Origin: Octopus bimaculoides
Taxonomy: Eukaryota
Assembly: GCF_001194135.2 (NCBI RefSeq)
Contig: NC_068981.1
Coordinates: 71,966,137 to 72,030,136, forward strand
Reading direction: 5' to 3'
DNA length: 64,000 nt
Every line of letters starts with the position of its first letter. The first letter of the stretch is position 1. The notes under the pieces are model-generated. The model was not told where the DNA came from, did no database searches, and was given only the letters and a program-made list of their open reading frames with translations. Shown one piece after another: positions 25,761-37,259 of this stretch. Both the position numbers and the translations under genes were made by a program.

Positions 25761-26139
25761 GCATGTGTGTGTGTGTGTGTATCTGTAAGTATGAATGTGT
25801 GTGCATGCATTTCTGTATGTGCGTGTAAGTGCACGAGCATGTATATTTGTTGTTTTCTATGTGTTTCTATGCTTGTTGATCTTCATATTTTTTAATGTTT
25901 TTTTGTTTTATTAATTTTATAATTAGTTTTCCTTCTTAGTGTAAGTCACCCAGCCATTAAAACATGAAGCATTAATTCCAAAATGCTGTTACATATTCAA
26001 CAGACAATAAAAGTTCCTTACTTTCTAGTCATAGCAGATCTGCATTAATTCCTCAGGGTTTGGCACATACTTCTTAAATATAATCTGTATTATGTAACAT
26101 GCAACAGATCTGTTATCTTACTGATGTCACTCATTACAT

Positions 26140-26430
26140 TGCAGTCAAGCTGGAGCACTACCTTCATGGGTCTTTAGTCAATGGCTTACTCAGTTATCTT
26201 TTCTTTTATTCTCTTACTTGTTTCAGTCATTTGACTGTGGCCATGCTGGAATACCACCTTGAAGTGTTTTTGACGAACAATTCGACCCCTGGAATTAGTT
26301 TCAAGCCTAGTACTTATTCTATTGGTCTCTTTGTCGAACTACTAAGTTACGGGGATGTAAACACACCAACACCAGTTGTCAAGTGATGATGAGATCAAAA
26401 AACACAGTCACAAAGACACACACACACAGA
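26140..26430 (-). mobile_element. SINE-A 3' half
   Basis: CTTGTTTCAGTCATTTGACTGTGGCC...ACTAAGTTACGGGGATG. Confidence 0.8.
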
Positions 26431-26491
26431 TATATACATACATATTTCATATATATATGTATGTGTATGTATATATATATATATATATACA

Positions 26492-26740
26492 TATCTGTAA
26501 AAATATGTGACAATTATGAGGTAGCCATGATAAAACTCTGAGTTTCGGATGCCGGGGTGGGAACCCACGCCAACATCTCTTCAGTTATCCGGCCATTGAA
26601 AATTCCTAGGAATTTTCAATGGCATCCGAAACTCAGAGTTTTATCATGGCTACTGAATAAGTTTCACATATTTTTACAGATAAATTCCTCTATTTACATA
26701 ATATCGAGGTCGCTTTCTTTCTTTTGTTGTCCTTTCGATC
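26492..26740. mobile_element. ORF-less palindromic (fold-back) mini-element, PLE pLTR-like
   Basis: Perfect 30-bp palindrome 26593-26622. Perfect 33-bp inverted repeat 26521-26553 / 26621-26653 region. Outer inverted repeat 26492-26510 / 26664-26682. It sits within (TA)n. Confidence 0.75.
26522..26595 (-). ncRNA. type I hammerhead ribozyme motif
   Basis: GAUAA CUGAAGA GAUGUUGG-C-GUGGGUUCCCAC-C-CCGGCAUC C GAA ACUC-A-GAGU U UUAUC. Stem I extends via UGGCC/GGCUA past an internal loop. GUU site at 26534. Confidence 0.75.
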
Positions 26741-26742
26741 AA

Positions 26743-26773
<31 letters not shown>

Positions 26774-26774
26774 T

Positions 26775-27210
26775 CTTTATTCTTTTCTTTTATTCTTTTA
26801 CTTGTTTCAGTCATTTGACTGTGGCCATGCTGGAGCATCGCCTTTAGTCGAAGAAATCGACCCCAGAACTTATACTTTGTAAGCCTAGTACTTATTCTAT
26901 CGTTTCTTTGCCAAACTGCTAAGTTACAAGGACGTAACCATACCAGCATCGGTTGTCAAACGATGGTGGGGGGGACAAACAAACACAGACACTTGTATAC
27001 ACACACATATTTATATACACCTAATGGGCTTCTTTCGGTTTCCGTCTACCAAATGCACTCACAAGGCTTTGGTCGGCCCAAGGCTATAGTAGAAAACACT
27101 TGCCCAAAGTGCCATGCAGTGGAACTGAATCCGGAACCATGTGGTTGGTAAGCAAGCTACTTACCACACAGCCACGCCTGCACCTATATATATATATATA
27201 CACGCCTGCG

Positions 27211-27275
<65 letters not shown>

Positions 27276-27415
27276 GATGGGCTTCTTTCAGTTTCTGTCT
27301 GCCAAATCCACTCACAAGGCTTTGGTTGGCCTGGGGCTATAGTAGAAGACACTTGCCCAAGTGGGACTGAACCAGAAACCATGTGTTTGGGAAGAAAACC
27401 TCTTGCCACACAGCC
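26775..27415 (-). mobile_element. full SINE-A (26775-27180) plus a second 5' half (27275-27415)
   Basis: Family motifs, with halves joined by CA/TA tracts. Confidence 0.85.
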
Positions 27416-27771
27416 AATTTTATCACTATTTATTATTAAATGGCTACATGCTCTTCTCGGACATAAAAGGATACAACACAACATAATATACAAGTTTATT
27501 TAATGTAGGAAAGTTTCTGCACAGTTCTGTTTCTTGGATTTAATTCACGAGGCATTTTTCAGCTAGAAACTACAGTAAAAGACACTTGTTCAAAGAGTTG
27601 GGCAGTGGAATCAAATGCTGAACTAAAACGTTGCAAAACAAACTTCTTCATCTCACGGCCTGCATCTAAATAAAGAAATTGAAAGAAACTCATTTTCTAC
27701 ATGTGCACATGCATGCATGTGCTTTTGTGTGTGTGCTTTTGTGTGTGTGCTTTTGTGTGTGTGCTTTTGTG

Positions 27772-27816
<45 letters not shown>

Positions 27817-28213
27817 GTGTATGTGTATGCATACATATAGATATGTCTGTGTGCATTTGTATTTGCTTGTCTTGATAATGTGTGCTAATTGTAAACAAAC
27901 TTCAATGTCATACAAGTGGTGTCATTTGTTTAAAATCTTCCATGAAACCATTTCCAGCCAAGATGCTGTTTATGTTTGAAGGATTAGTGGAAATATTCAA
28001 TCTTACTTTATCTGGAATTAAGCGAGAGAGTTGGCAATTGGAATAGCATCTAACCATAGAAAAACTGCCTCATTGAATTTCATTTGAATTATAATGATGA
28101 TGATGATGATGATGATTCTCTAGTGAGAATGTATGAATCTACAATGTGAGATTGCAGTTTTTTTTGTTTTTTTTTACAGCTTAGCTACAATTTGAATCAC
28201 ATGTGCTCTCTTT

Positions 28214-28250
<37 letters not shown>

Positions 28251-28723
28251 ATTTAGATAACTATCAATACTTGAGCTAAAGTATCTGAGATATAAATTTT
28301 GTAAACAGTTTAAAAAAATAAAAGCACACCGTAGAGTATATGGATTAATTAATCAATTAGCAAAATGTAGACTTGCATATTTTTAGATTTCGGGGAAAAA
28401 AAATTCAATTTCTTATCCTGTTATTATTTCACTCTTTTTCTCTTTCTTTTATTCTTTTTTCCATTTTTTGCCTCATAATCTCTTCCTTTATCTCCTTTCT
28501 CACACTTCTTTCAGCACCCACTCATTTCAACATTATTAACAAATAGATGATTAATTGCTGTCAGAAACAGAATTCCACAAAATCAAAAATTATACAAGAA
28601 TTTGTAATTCGTTTGAAGAGTTTCAATGTGTGTAAATGATATAAATGTTTGAAAGACTTTTAAGTAATGTAGGTGAAAGAATCTGTCTGTCTGTCTGTCT
28701 ATCTATCTATATATATGAATGTA

Positions 28724-28939
28724 TGAAGGGTTGCTGAAAATTCTTGGCTTTAAGGGTATCGTGAAAGGCCTGGTTAGAGGCCCAACCTTCTGAGTTCTTT
28801 TACAGGATTTAGAAAAACTCAAGGTCCACTGCAATAAGTGTGTGAATCTGAGAGGAGAATATGTTGCATAAAATCATAATAAACTGATCCTCCTGTATTT
28901 TCTTTTATCTAAAGCCAGGAGCTTTTCAGCAACCCCTCA
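28724..28939. mobile_element. mariner-type MITE
   Basis: TA-flanked TIRs TGAAGGGTTGCTGAAAA-TTCTTGGCTTT / AAAGCCAGGAGCTTTTCAGCAACCCCTCA. Confidence 0.85.
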
Positions 28940-30110
28940 TATATGTGCAACCTTCTGTAGAACCTCCAAGACTAAATATGCAAAGAAAGAGCCCTTAGAG
29001 GCTCCCTTTTGTATGGAAAACATGAACAGGGTACATATCACAGAAAGTTGTCTGTTTAGAACAAGCTTTGGAATGAAACACTCCAGGAATGATGACAAGA
29101 GGTGATAAATATCAATTGGGTAGCATTGCACAGAATGGTACATCGCTTGGTAGTTTTTCTGAGAAAGAACAATTACAGCTGAGGACCATTGTAACTTGTA
29201 GCAAGGATTGTTGTAGAGAGAACCAATGGCAAATCATAGCTTTGTTGGTGGACTGGCAGTTACTGCATGATGAGGAGTGAGGCTTTGTCAGTTAGTCAGA
29301 TGGTCTATGTCTGTATTCTAAGGTGATAGTTTATCTAACCATTTAAATAATGATGATGATGATGATGATGGTGATGGTGGTGGTGGTGGTGAAGTTGGTG
29401 ATGGTGAGGATAATGGTGGTGGTGGTGATGGTGATGTTGATGGTGGTAGTGACTTTTGTCACTGAAAGGGAAATGCAAAGCTATATGACTGAGTCTTCAA
29501 AACAGAGAGTAATCGAGGTCAGCCGGCCTTTTTTTGTTGATGATCTTAAGTTGTATTTGAATAATATTCATGACACCAAGAAATGGTGAGAACTGGTCAC
29601 AAAATTCTTGTGAGATATAGGAATGATGTTTGGTTAGGAAAAGTGTTCGTATTTGGTAGCTAAACAAGGAAAGATTGTTAATCAGTAAAGAAATATGGGT
29701 ACCAATGGCTTATCTATCTCCCCTATAACTAGTAATGAGTGATACAGATACTTTAGAATTGATGAGAATATTGAATACGTGGGTACATTGAAGAAAGCTA
29801 AGAAACGACAAAAAGAATATTTCAACAGATTTATGGTGATATGGAAGTCCGAGCTGTCTGCATTCAATAAAACCATTTCTCACAATATTTAGACAGTGCC
29901 AGTGCTAGTACCACTATTTGGGATTCTGGGTCGGTCACTAGAAGAAATTACAAATTGGACATCAGAATTAGAAAGATACTGACAACTATTGGTAACTTCC
30001 ACATCAGCAGTGACACTGATAGGATCAATGGTAGATGGAGGAATGAAGGTAGCAATCGGTTTAGTTAGCCTTTAAGTGTTGCATTGCATCACTTAGATCA
30101 ACCATTTTTG

Positions 30111-30210
30111 CTTATAGACCCCCCACTTGACTTATATTGACCCCCTTTGACTTATATGGACCTCCTTTGTCTTATATGGACCCCCTTTGACTTATATGGA
30201 GCCCTTTTGA
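30111..30210. repeat. 5 x 20-bp minisatellite of the hAT subterminal motif
   Basis: Unit CTTATATGGACCCCCTTTGA. Confidence 0.9.
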
Positions 30211-30302
30211 TTCCTATTTCATTTGAGTGTACTCTCATACCCATTCAAAGTCTAAAAAAGTCTATCATACTTTTATAATTAACTATTATTAAGAGAATCA
30301 TA

Positions 30303-30569
30303 CTGCTGCTATTTAGCCCTAGGAAGCTGGACCGCTTCATGTCACCCTTGACACATTTCCTGTGTCCTTATATTTGCGAGGGGGAGACAAGCACCTCCCC
30401 CCAGCTCAGTGTGCATTCAGGGACATGTTTCTGAGTCATTGCTCGTCATCAGCCTGAAGTTGCAACACTGGCTGAAAAGGCATGTCAAACCTACGCAAAT
30501 ATAAGGACATAGGAAATGTGTCAAGGCCGACAGGAAGTGGTGCAGCTTCCTAGGGCTAAATAGCAGCAG
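30303..30569. mobile_element. 267-bp fold-back element with about 76-bp terminal inverted repeats and an internal hammerhead
   Basis: The arm CTGCTGCTATTTAGCCCTAGGAAGCTG...TTATATTTGCG matches the other end with about 7 mismatches. TA on both sides. Confidence 0.85.
30416..30458 (-). ncRNA. minimal type I hammerhead ribozyme motif
   Basis: UUCAGG CUGAUGA C GAG CAAUGA CUC A GAA ACAUGU C CCUGAA. Perfect 6-bp stem I, palindromic stem III, GUC site at 30422. Confidence 0.8.
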
Positions 30570-31860
30570 TATAATTACTTTATTGGGACTGTCACATTGA
30601 GTTGACAATATACAACTGCTTTATCGTAACACTGCTGCTTAATTCTCTCTGTGAGATTTATAATTAGATCATTTCTTATTATTAAGAATTATCTTTAAAA
30701 AGTTGTTAAAATATTTTGTGTAGTGTAGACGTATAACCAGTTCATTGCACATAAATCTTAACAATAAAAACTTATATGGACCCCCAAGAGATGTATGGAC
30801 CCTGGCTGTGAGCCACTGACTCTAGATGGGGTGTTGCATCTTTTAGGGAACAGCTACTGAGCAGGAAAAGAGAAATGAGTATATCATGTGTATAGTCACC
30901 CTCAAAAGTAATAACATCATGAGATTAGATGAAGAACTCCCAAACAAGCACTCTGTGTACAACCATTCTGTGTGACCCAAGAGTGGCTGGACTTATGTAT
31001 TTAAACAGAGACTTGAAGGAGAAATACTCAGCATACTAGCAGAAAGCTATGCATGGGTACACATCCTTCAAGCTTGAGAACACTAACAATAATGACAAGA
31101 ATAGTAGCCTCACCTGAGCCTGTGATAAATATATCATATCTCACCTAGAAGACTACGCCTTTACAATCCAGGAACAGGAGATAGCTACTAAGTATCTGAT
31201 CAACAAGAAAGATAAGGATGTTTCTAGATTTCCACAATGTAATAAGAAATGTTGATTGTGCCATACCTGTATGGAAAATATCAACTACGTCATTAGCAGC
31301 TGCCTAAAAATGTCTGCTAGATGCTATCTTCCCACAAGACATGGTATTGTCACTAAGATTATCTAACATACTATACTCAAGAAGTACATAAGGTACATTA
31401 GAATACCAAAGGTACATAAGAATCGTAATGTAATCACATCTTTAAAAATAAAGAATACAGGTGGAACATTCCACCACTCCAACAAAAAAAAAAAAAATCT
31501 AAAATAGCAACCTTCTGTTCAGATATTGTTCCATGAGACAGAGATCAAAAGTCATGCACTGTTGTAGAAATCAGTTGCCTGGCAGATATGAACATTTCGT
31601 CAGAATTTGGAAAAAAAAGGGAACATCCATGGAGAACAAAAGAGTAACTTATAGTTCTAATATTCAGGCATTAGACTTTCGTAATGTCTTTTATCATATA
31701 TGTATCAGAGCTATGATGTTCATCTTGCTCTGATATATATTGTGTTTTTAACACATGTCTATAAAAGGATGTTATCTCAGACAATCACCCTGCATTATGC
31801 TCTTTAAAGATTTATGACATACAAATGGCNNNNNNNNNNNNNNNNNNNNNNNNNNNNNNN

Positions 31861-32711
31861 GATGTGTAAATTGTTACCATTTTATATTTTTAATTTCGTG
31901 CATGTGCATTCTTTGCTTTTGATTTTGTCAACTACAAAGTATAGTAGGATCAGTTGGGCACTGTCTGTGAGAAAAACAGCACTATGATGCAATTCACTCT
32001 GCCAGAAATTTGGAAATGACATACTGTACTGCTTGGCATTCACACCGGAAGCTCCAATACGAACATTTCAGAGTGTTTGGGTGTCAATCGGAGGACAGTG
32101 CAATCTGAGGACATGTACCAAGAATGATTACTATCAAACATCCAGTCAACATCATGGTGTTTGGGGAGATCACTAGCGATGGTGACATGCCTTCATTCAT
32201 CTTCCCACCTGGCCTCAGACTCAACACGGAGGCCTACATCAAGTACCTGGAAGAGGTAGTGCTGCTCTGGGTCAAAAGAGTGGCTGCTGGAACATCCTAT
32301 GTTTGGCAACAAGCAGGAGAACCCAATCATGGCTATCAGACAATTTCTGCAACCACATCACCCTTAGCATCTGACCACCTAACTCACCAGACTGCAGCCC
32401 CTTGATTATTATGCATGGAGCGCAGCTGAGCGAGAGACCAACAAACTCCTTGTAACACCAAAGATGAAGTGAAGGCAAGGATTATGGCAGCATTCACCAA
32501 CTTAAACAAGGAGACTGACCAAATGAGTTGCAGGAGATTCCAAAGTCATCCGTAGGCCGTAGTTGAATCCGATGGCGATTTTATTAAATAAATTTACTCT
32601 TTAGTATTTCAAGATATTTTAAAGTAATTTTTGTAAATACATCTGTTAAAATAAGATGCCAGTATTATTTTCATTTTTGCGTAATTTAGATGACAGTTTA
32701 TTCACTGCACC

Positions 32712-32714
<3 letters not shown>
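31861..32714 (+). mobile_element. maT/DD37D internally deleted transposon, copy 1
   Basis: KHPVNIMVFG...YVWQQ...PNSPD..PLDY. The right TIR ends GCACCCTG followed by (TA)n. The left end is in the gap. Confidence 0.85.
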
Positions 32715-32771
<57 letters not shown>

Positions 32772-32911
32772 CCACCTCCATGCCTACCTATCTACCTTCT
32801 TATCTACCTACCCAACAATCTACATATTTACATACCTAGCTATTTGTCTATTCATCTATCCGTCTACATTTATCTATCTATCTATCTATCCATCTATCTA
32901 TCCATCTATCC

Positions 32912-32961
<50 letters not shown>

Positions 32962-33861
32962 TTATTTATCTATCTACTGGTCTATCTGTGTGTGTGTGCA
33001 CTTCCCTCACAAGATGGATCTGTTTATCTCAAGCTAACACCTCCTGCCTCTGCTATTATCACCCCAGCTATTTAATTGTCCACTATTTATTACATATTGC
33101 ACTGACAGTCATACTTTACATTAACAATAGATTCTAACCCCCACCCCCACCCCACGCACACAGAAAACATATTCACTGCACCCTTCTTAACCATCCCTAT
33201 AAATAGCATCTTGGTATTTTCAAACTGTTTCTTATCGTTATCTACCTGAAAAAGGATTTCATTAATCTTATTAATAACAGCTCCCACTTCAATCTGGCAC
33301 CTCCATTTATGTTATTTACACTTCATTCACCTTTACATTATGATTTTGTTTAAGGAATTTTCTCAAGTATTTATGTATTTATTTATAGAAATGTTAATTG
33401 TTAAACTAGTAGAAAATGTTTTACAGGCAGGTGTGGCAGTAGTGTTGCCCTACCTCATGTGTGTGGAATTCCCCTTCTATAAATAGAAGTCACACAGAGG
33501 TATCACCAGTTGACTGATGAAGTAGAAATGAGAAACTTGAGTTAGCAACACATTCAGCTTAGACCCACATTAAATGATGATGATGATGATGACGATATAT
33601 ACATATATACAGGCATATATATATNNNNNNNNNNNNNNNNNNNNNNNNNNNNNNNNNNNNNNNNNNNNNNNNNNNNNNNNNNNNNNNNNNNNNNNNNNNN
33701 NNNNNNNNNNNNNNNNNNNNNNNNNNNNNNNNNNNNNNNNNNNNNNNNNNNNNNNNNNNNNNNNNNNNNNNNNNNNNNNNNNNNNNNNNNNNNNNNNNNN
33801 NNNNNNNNNNNNNNNNNNNNNNNNNNNNNNNNNNNNNNNNNNNNNNNNNNNNNNNNNNNNN

Positions 33862-33908
<47 letters not shown>

Positions 33909-34417
33909 TAGATAGATAGACAGATAGATAAATAGATGGATAGAGATATACATAGGCATACATACATATATATACATATGCACATATAAATATATATATG
34001 TATATATGTATGTATGTATATATTTATGTAGATATACACAGACATTGATAGATACTGGACAAGTTTGTAAATAAACTTATGTGCATATGTTAACAGGCAA
34101 ATAATATTTACAAATTTATCCACAAATATGCTGTCCCTGTACTCTAGTTAATTAGTTAATACACACGCATACAAACACACACACACACACACACACACAC
34201 GCATACATATATACTGCATACATACTTACATAAGCATAAGTGTGAGAAGTTCAAAGCATTTTCATTGCCCCACACCCATAACAAAATTTTAGGGGATGCA
34301 CTTGCAGCTCCTGCATCCCCTGTTCCCCAGCCTATGTACATAGGTACAGGCATGGTTGTGTAGTTAAAAAGTTTGCTTTGCAGTCCTCCTGTGTATTACC
34401 TCCAGTAAGTCTTCTCA

Positions 34418-34516
34418 CTGATAGCCCAGGCTAACTGATAGCCCAGGCTAACTAATAGCCCAGGCTAACTAATAGCCCAGGCTAACTAATAGCCCAAGCT
34501 AACTAATAGCCCAGGC
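34418..34516. repeat. about 6 x 17-bp minisatellite inside a SINE-A copy
   Basis: Unit CT(G/A)ATAGCCCAGGCTAA, flanked by GTCTTCTC and CCTTGTGAGTGGATTT of SINE-A. Confidence 0.9.
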
Positions 34517-34559
34517 CTTGTGAGTGGATTTTGTGAATGAGAACTGTATGAGCCTGTTG

Positions 34560-34790
34560 CATATCATATTTGTGAGTGGTAAGGCAGTAAGCTTGCAGAA
34601 TCTTTAGCATGCTTGACAAAATGCTTAGCAGAATTTTCATGTTTTTACGTTCTGTGTTCAAATTCATGTTGTGGTCGACTTTGCCTTTCATCCTTTTGGA
34701 GTTTTTTAAATAAGTACCAGTGGATCACTGTGGTTGATGTAATCACCTATGTCCTTACCCCAGTATTTTAGCCTTGTACCTACAGTAGAA
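34560..34790 (+). mobile_element. SINE-B copy
   Basis: AATGCTTAGC...GTTCAAATTC...GACTTTGCCTTTCATCC...CCTTGTACC. Confidence 0.75.
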
Positions 34791-35061
34791 AGAATATTAT
34801 ATGATGTAAGTGTGTGCGGTTCTTGTGTGTGTGAGGTTATGTGTGCAAATGAACATTCCACTGCTTCATTTGAGTGAAACTGAATGATGTTTACATTCCT
34901 TGTGGGCATTATGACTTGCCCACCACACTTTTGAAAACCTTTGGAGAAAACCGAACCTTTATTTGAGACAGAGGAATGGCTTGGTAGCAGAAAAGTTTAG
35001 TTAACCTTTTTGATACAAACACACCTGAGAGTGCTACTGGTTCTATGATACAAAATTTATG

Positions 35062-35287
35062 TTAAACCCTTTCGCATTCAGATTACTCTGTCAACTGTAA
35101 TTCTTATTTATTCATATTTTGACGAACTCATGCATTATCTTGTAACTTAAAGATTTTGAAAAAATGATTGCTTATTCTTAGAATGGCTTTGCATAGTAAG
35201 TATAACAGGCCAGATGTGGCCAGGCTTAACATAAAGCAAATAAATCATTTGAGCCAGATATGGTTGGTTTAAAAGTTAAAGCGTTAA
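35062..35287 (-). mobile_element. piggyBac-like MITE
   Basis: TTAAACCCTTTCGCATTCAG...GTTAAAGCGTTAA, with a body homologous to 2794-2980. Confidence 0.65.
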
Positions 35288-35439
35288 AGTAATCTAAATG
35301 AAATCCTTCAACGAAATATCTAAATTATGTTCCAAACAGCAGCTTTAAAATGACCAAGTTATTTTACTAACTCTTTATTACTTTTAAAACTGACTTTAAC
35401 AAACACTGTATGTCAACAAAAATAAAGTAATATAGGAGC

Positions 35440-35570
35440 AGGTGTGACTGTGTGGTAAGAAGCTTGCTTCTCATCACACGGTTCTGGGTTCAGTCCCACT
35501 GTATGGCACCTTGGGTTGACCAAAGCCTTGTGAGTGAATTTGGTTGATGGAAACCGAAAGAAGCTCATCG

Positions 35571-35629
<59 letters not shown>

Positions 35630-36380
35630 AGATATATGTGTGTGTGTCTCTGTCTCTGTATTTGTCCCACACCACCACTTGACAACTGGTGTCGGTGTGC
35701 TTACATCTCTGTAACTTAGCAGTTCGACAAAAGAGACTGATAGAATAAGTACTAGGCTTCAAAAACATAGGTTCTAGGGTTGATTTCATTTGACTACAGC
35801 CCTTCAAAGTGGTGACCCAGCATGGCCAGTCAAATGACTGAAACAAATAAACAATAAAAGATAAACTTTTTACACATGTATGTGTGTGTGTCTGTGTATT
35901 TTATCTTTTATCTTTTACTTGTTTCCATTATTGGACTGTGGCCATGCTGGGGCACTACATTGAAGCGTTTTAGTCGAATGAATTTTCCTCAGTAATTGTT
36001 TCTTTCTAAAGCCTGGAACTTATTCTGTTGGTCTTTTCTGCTGAACCACTAGGTTATGGGACATAAACAAATCAACTCCAGTTGTCAAACACAAACACAG
36101 ACATATGTAGGGTACATACATACATACATACATACATACATACATACAAACATACATACATACATACATACAAACATACATACATACATACATACATGTA
36201 CACACACACACACACACACACATACATATGTTATTGGCTTCTTTCAGTTTCTACCTACCAGATCCACTCACAAAGCTTTGGTTGGCCCAAAGCTATAGTA
36301 GAAGATGCTTGCCCAGCTTCCACACAGTGGGACTGAATCTGGAACCACATAGTTGGAAGCAAACTTCTTAGCCACGCTTG
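35440..36380. mobile_element. two full SINE-A copies in convergent inverted orientation (+ 35440-35860, - 35900-36380)
   Basis: Each copy has head, internal microsatellite and 3' half. The tails are about 50 bp apart. Confidence 0.8.
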
Positions 36381-36410
36381 TGCATATATAGATGTGTGTG
36401 TGTGTGTGTG

Positions 36411-36450
<40 letters not shown>

Positions 36451-36479
36451 CATACATATAATATATATATATATACATG

Positions 36480-36533
<54 letters not shown>

Positions 36534-37227
36534 NNNNNNNNNNNNNNNNNNNNNNNNNNNNNNNNNNNNNNNNNNNNNNNNNNNNNNNNNNNNNNNNNNN
36601 NNNNNNNNNNNNNNNNNNNNNNNNNNNNNNNNNNNNNNNNNNNNNNNNNNNNNNNNNNNNNNNNNNNNNNNNNNNNNNNNNNNNNNNNNNNNNNNNNNNN
36701 NNNNNNNNNNNNNNNNNNNNNNNNNNNNNNNNNNNNNNNNNNNNNNNNNNNNNNNNNNNNNNNNNNNNNNNNNNNNNNNNNNNNNNNNNNNNNNNNNNNN
36801 NNNNNNNNNNNNNNNNNNNNNNNNNNNNNNNNNNNNNNNNNNNNNNNNNNNNNNNNNNNNNNNNNNNNNNNNNNNNNNNNNNNNNNNNNNNNNNNNNNNN
36901 NNNNNNNNNNNNNNNNNNNNNNNNNNNNNNNNNNNNNNNNNNNNNNNNNNNNNNNNNNNNNNNNNNNNNNNNNNNNNNNNNNNNNNNNNNNNNNNNNNNN
37001 NNNNNNNNNNNNNNNNNNNNNNNNNNNNNNNNNNNNNNNNNNNNNNNNNNNNNNNNNNNNNNNNNNNNNNNNNNNNNNNNNNNNNNNNNNNNNNNNNNNN
37101 NNNNNNNNNNNNNNNNNNNNNNNNNNNNNNNNNNNNNNNNNNNNNNNNNNNNNNNNNNNNNNNNNNNNNNNNNNNNNNNNNNNNNNNNNNNNNNNNNNNN
37201 NNNNNNNNNNNNNNNNNNNNNNNNNNN

Positions 37228-37259
<32 letters not shown>

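Larger units (their letters stand above)
30090..30818 (-). mobile_element. hAT non-autonomous element related to 218-566
   Basis: Right end CTTATATGGACCCCC...CCCTGGCTGTGAGCCACTG followed by ACTCTAGA is the reverse complement of the 218 end. Left end TCAACCATTTTT is degraded. Confidence 0.7.
29445..31830 (+). mobile_element. degenerate R4/Dong-clade LINE (RT motifs, CCHC, RLE), split by a hAT insertion
   Basis: FVDDLKLY...DIGMMFG..KC...WKSELSAFNK. After the insertion: IQEQEIATKYL...CNKKC*LC...VISSCLKMS...RHGIV. Confidence 0.75.

Noticed and set aside
28950-29340. Possible L2/Crack-type LINE 3' remnant (similar faint traces at 20570-20830 and 45600-46000)
   Set aside because: Too degenerate to support by eye.
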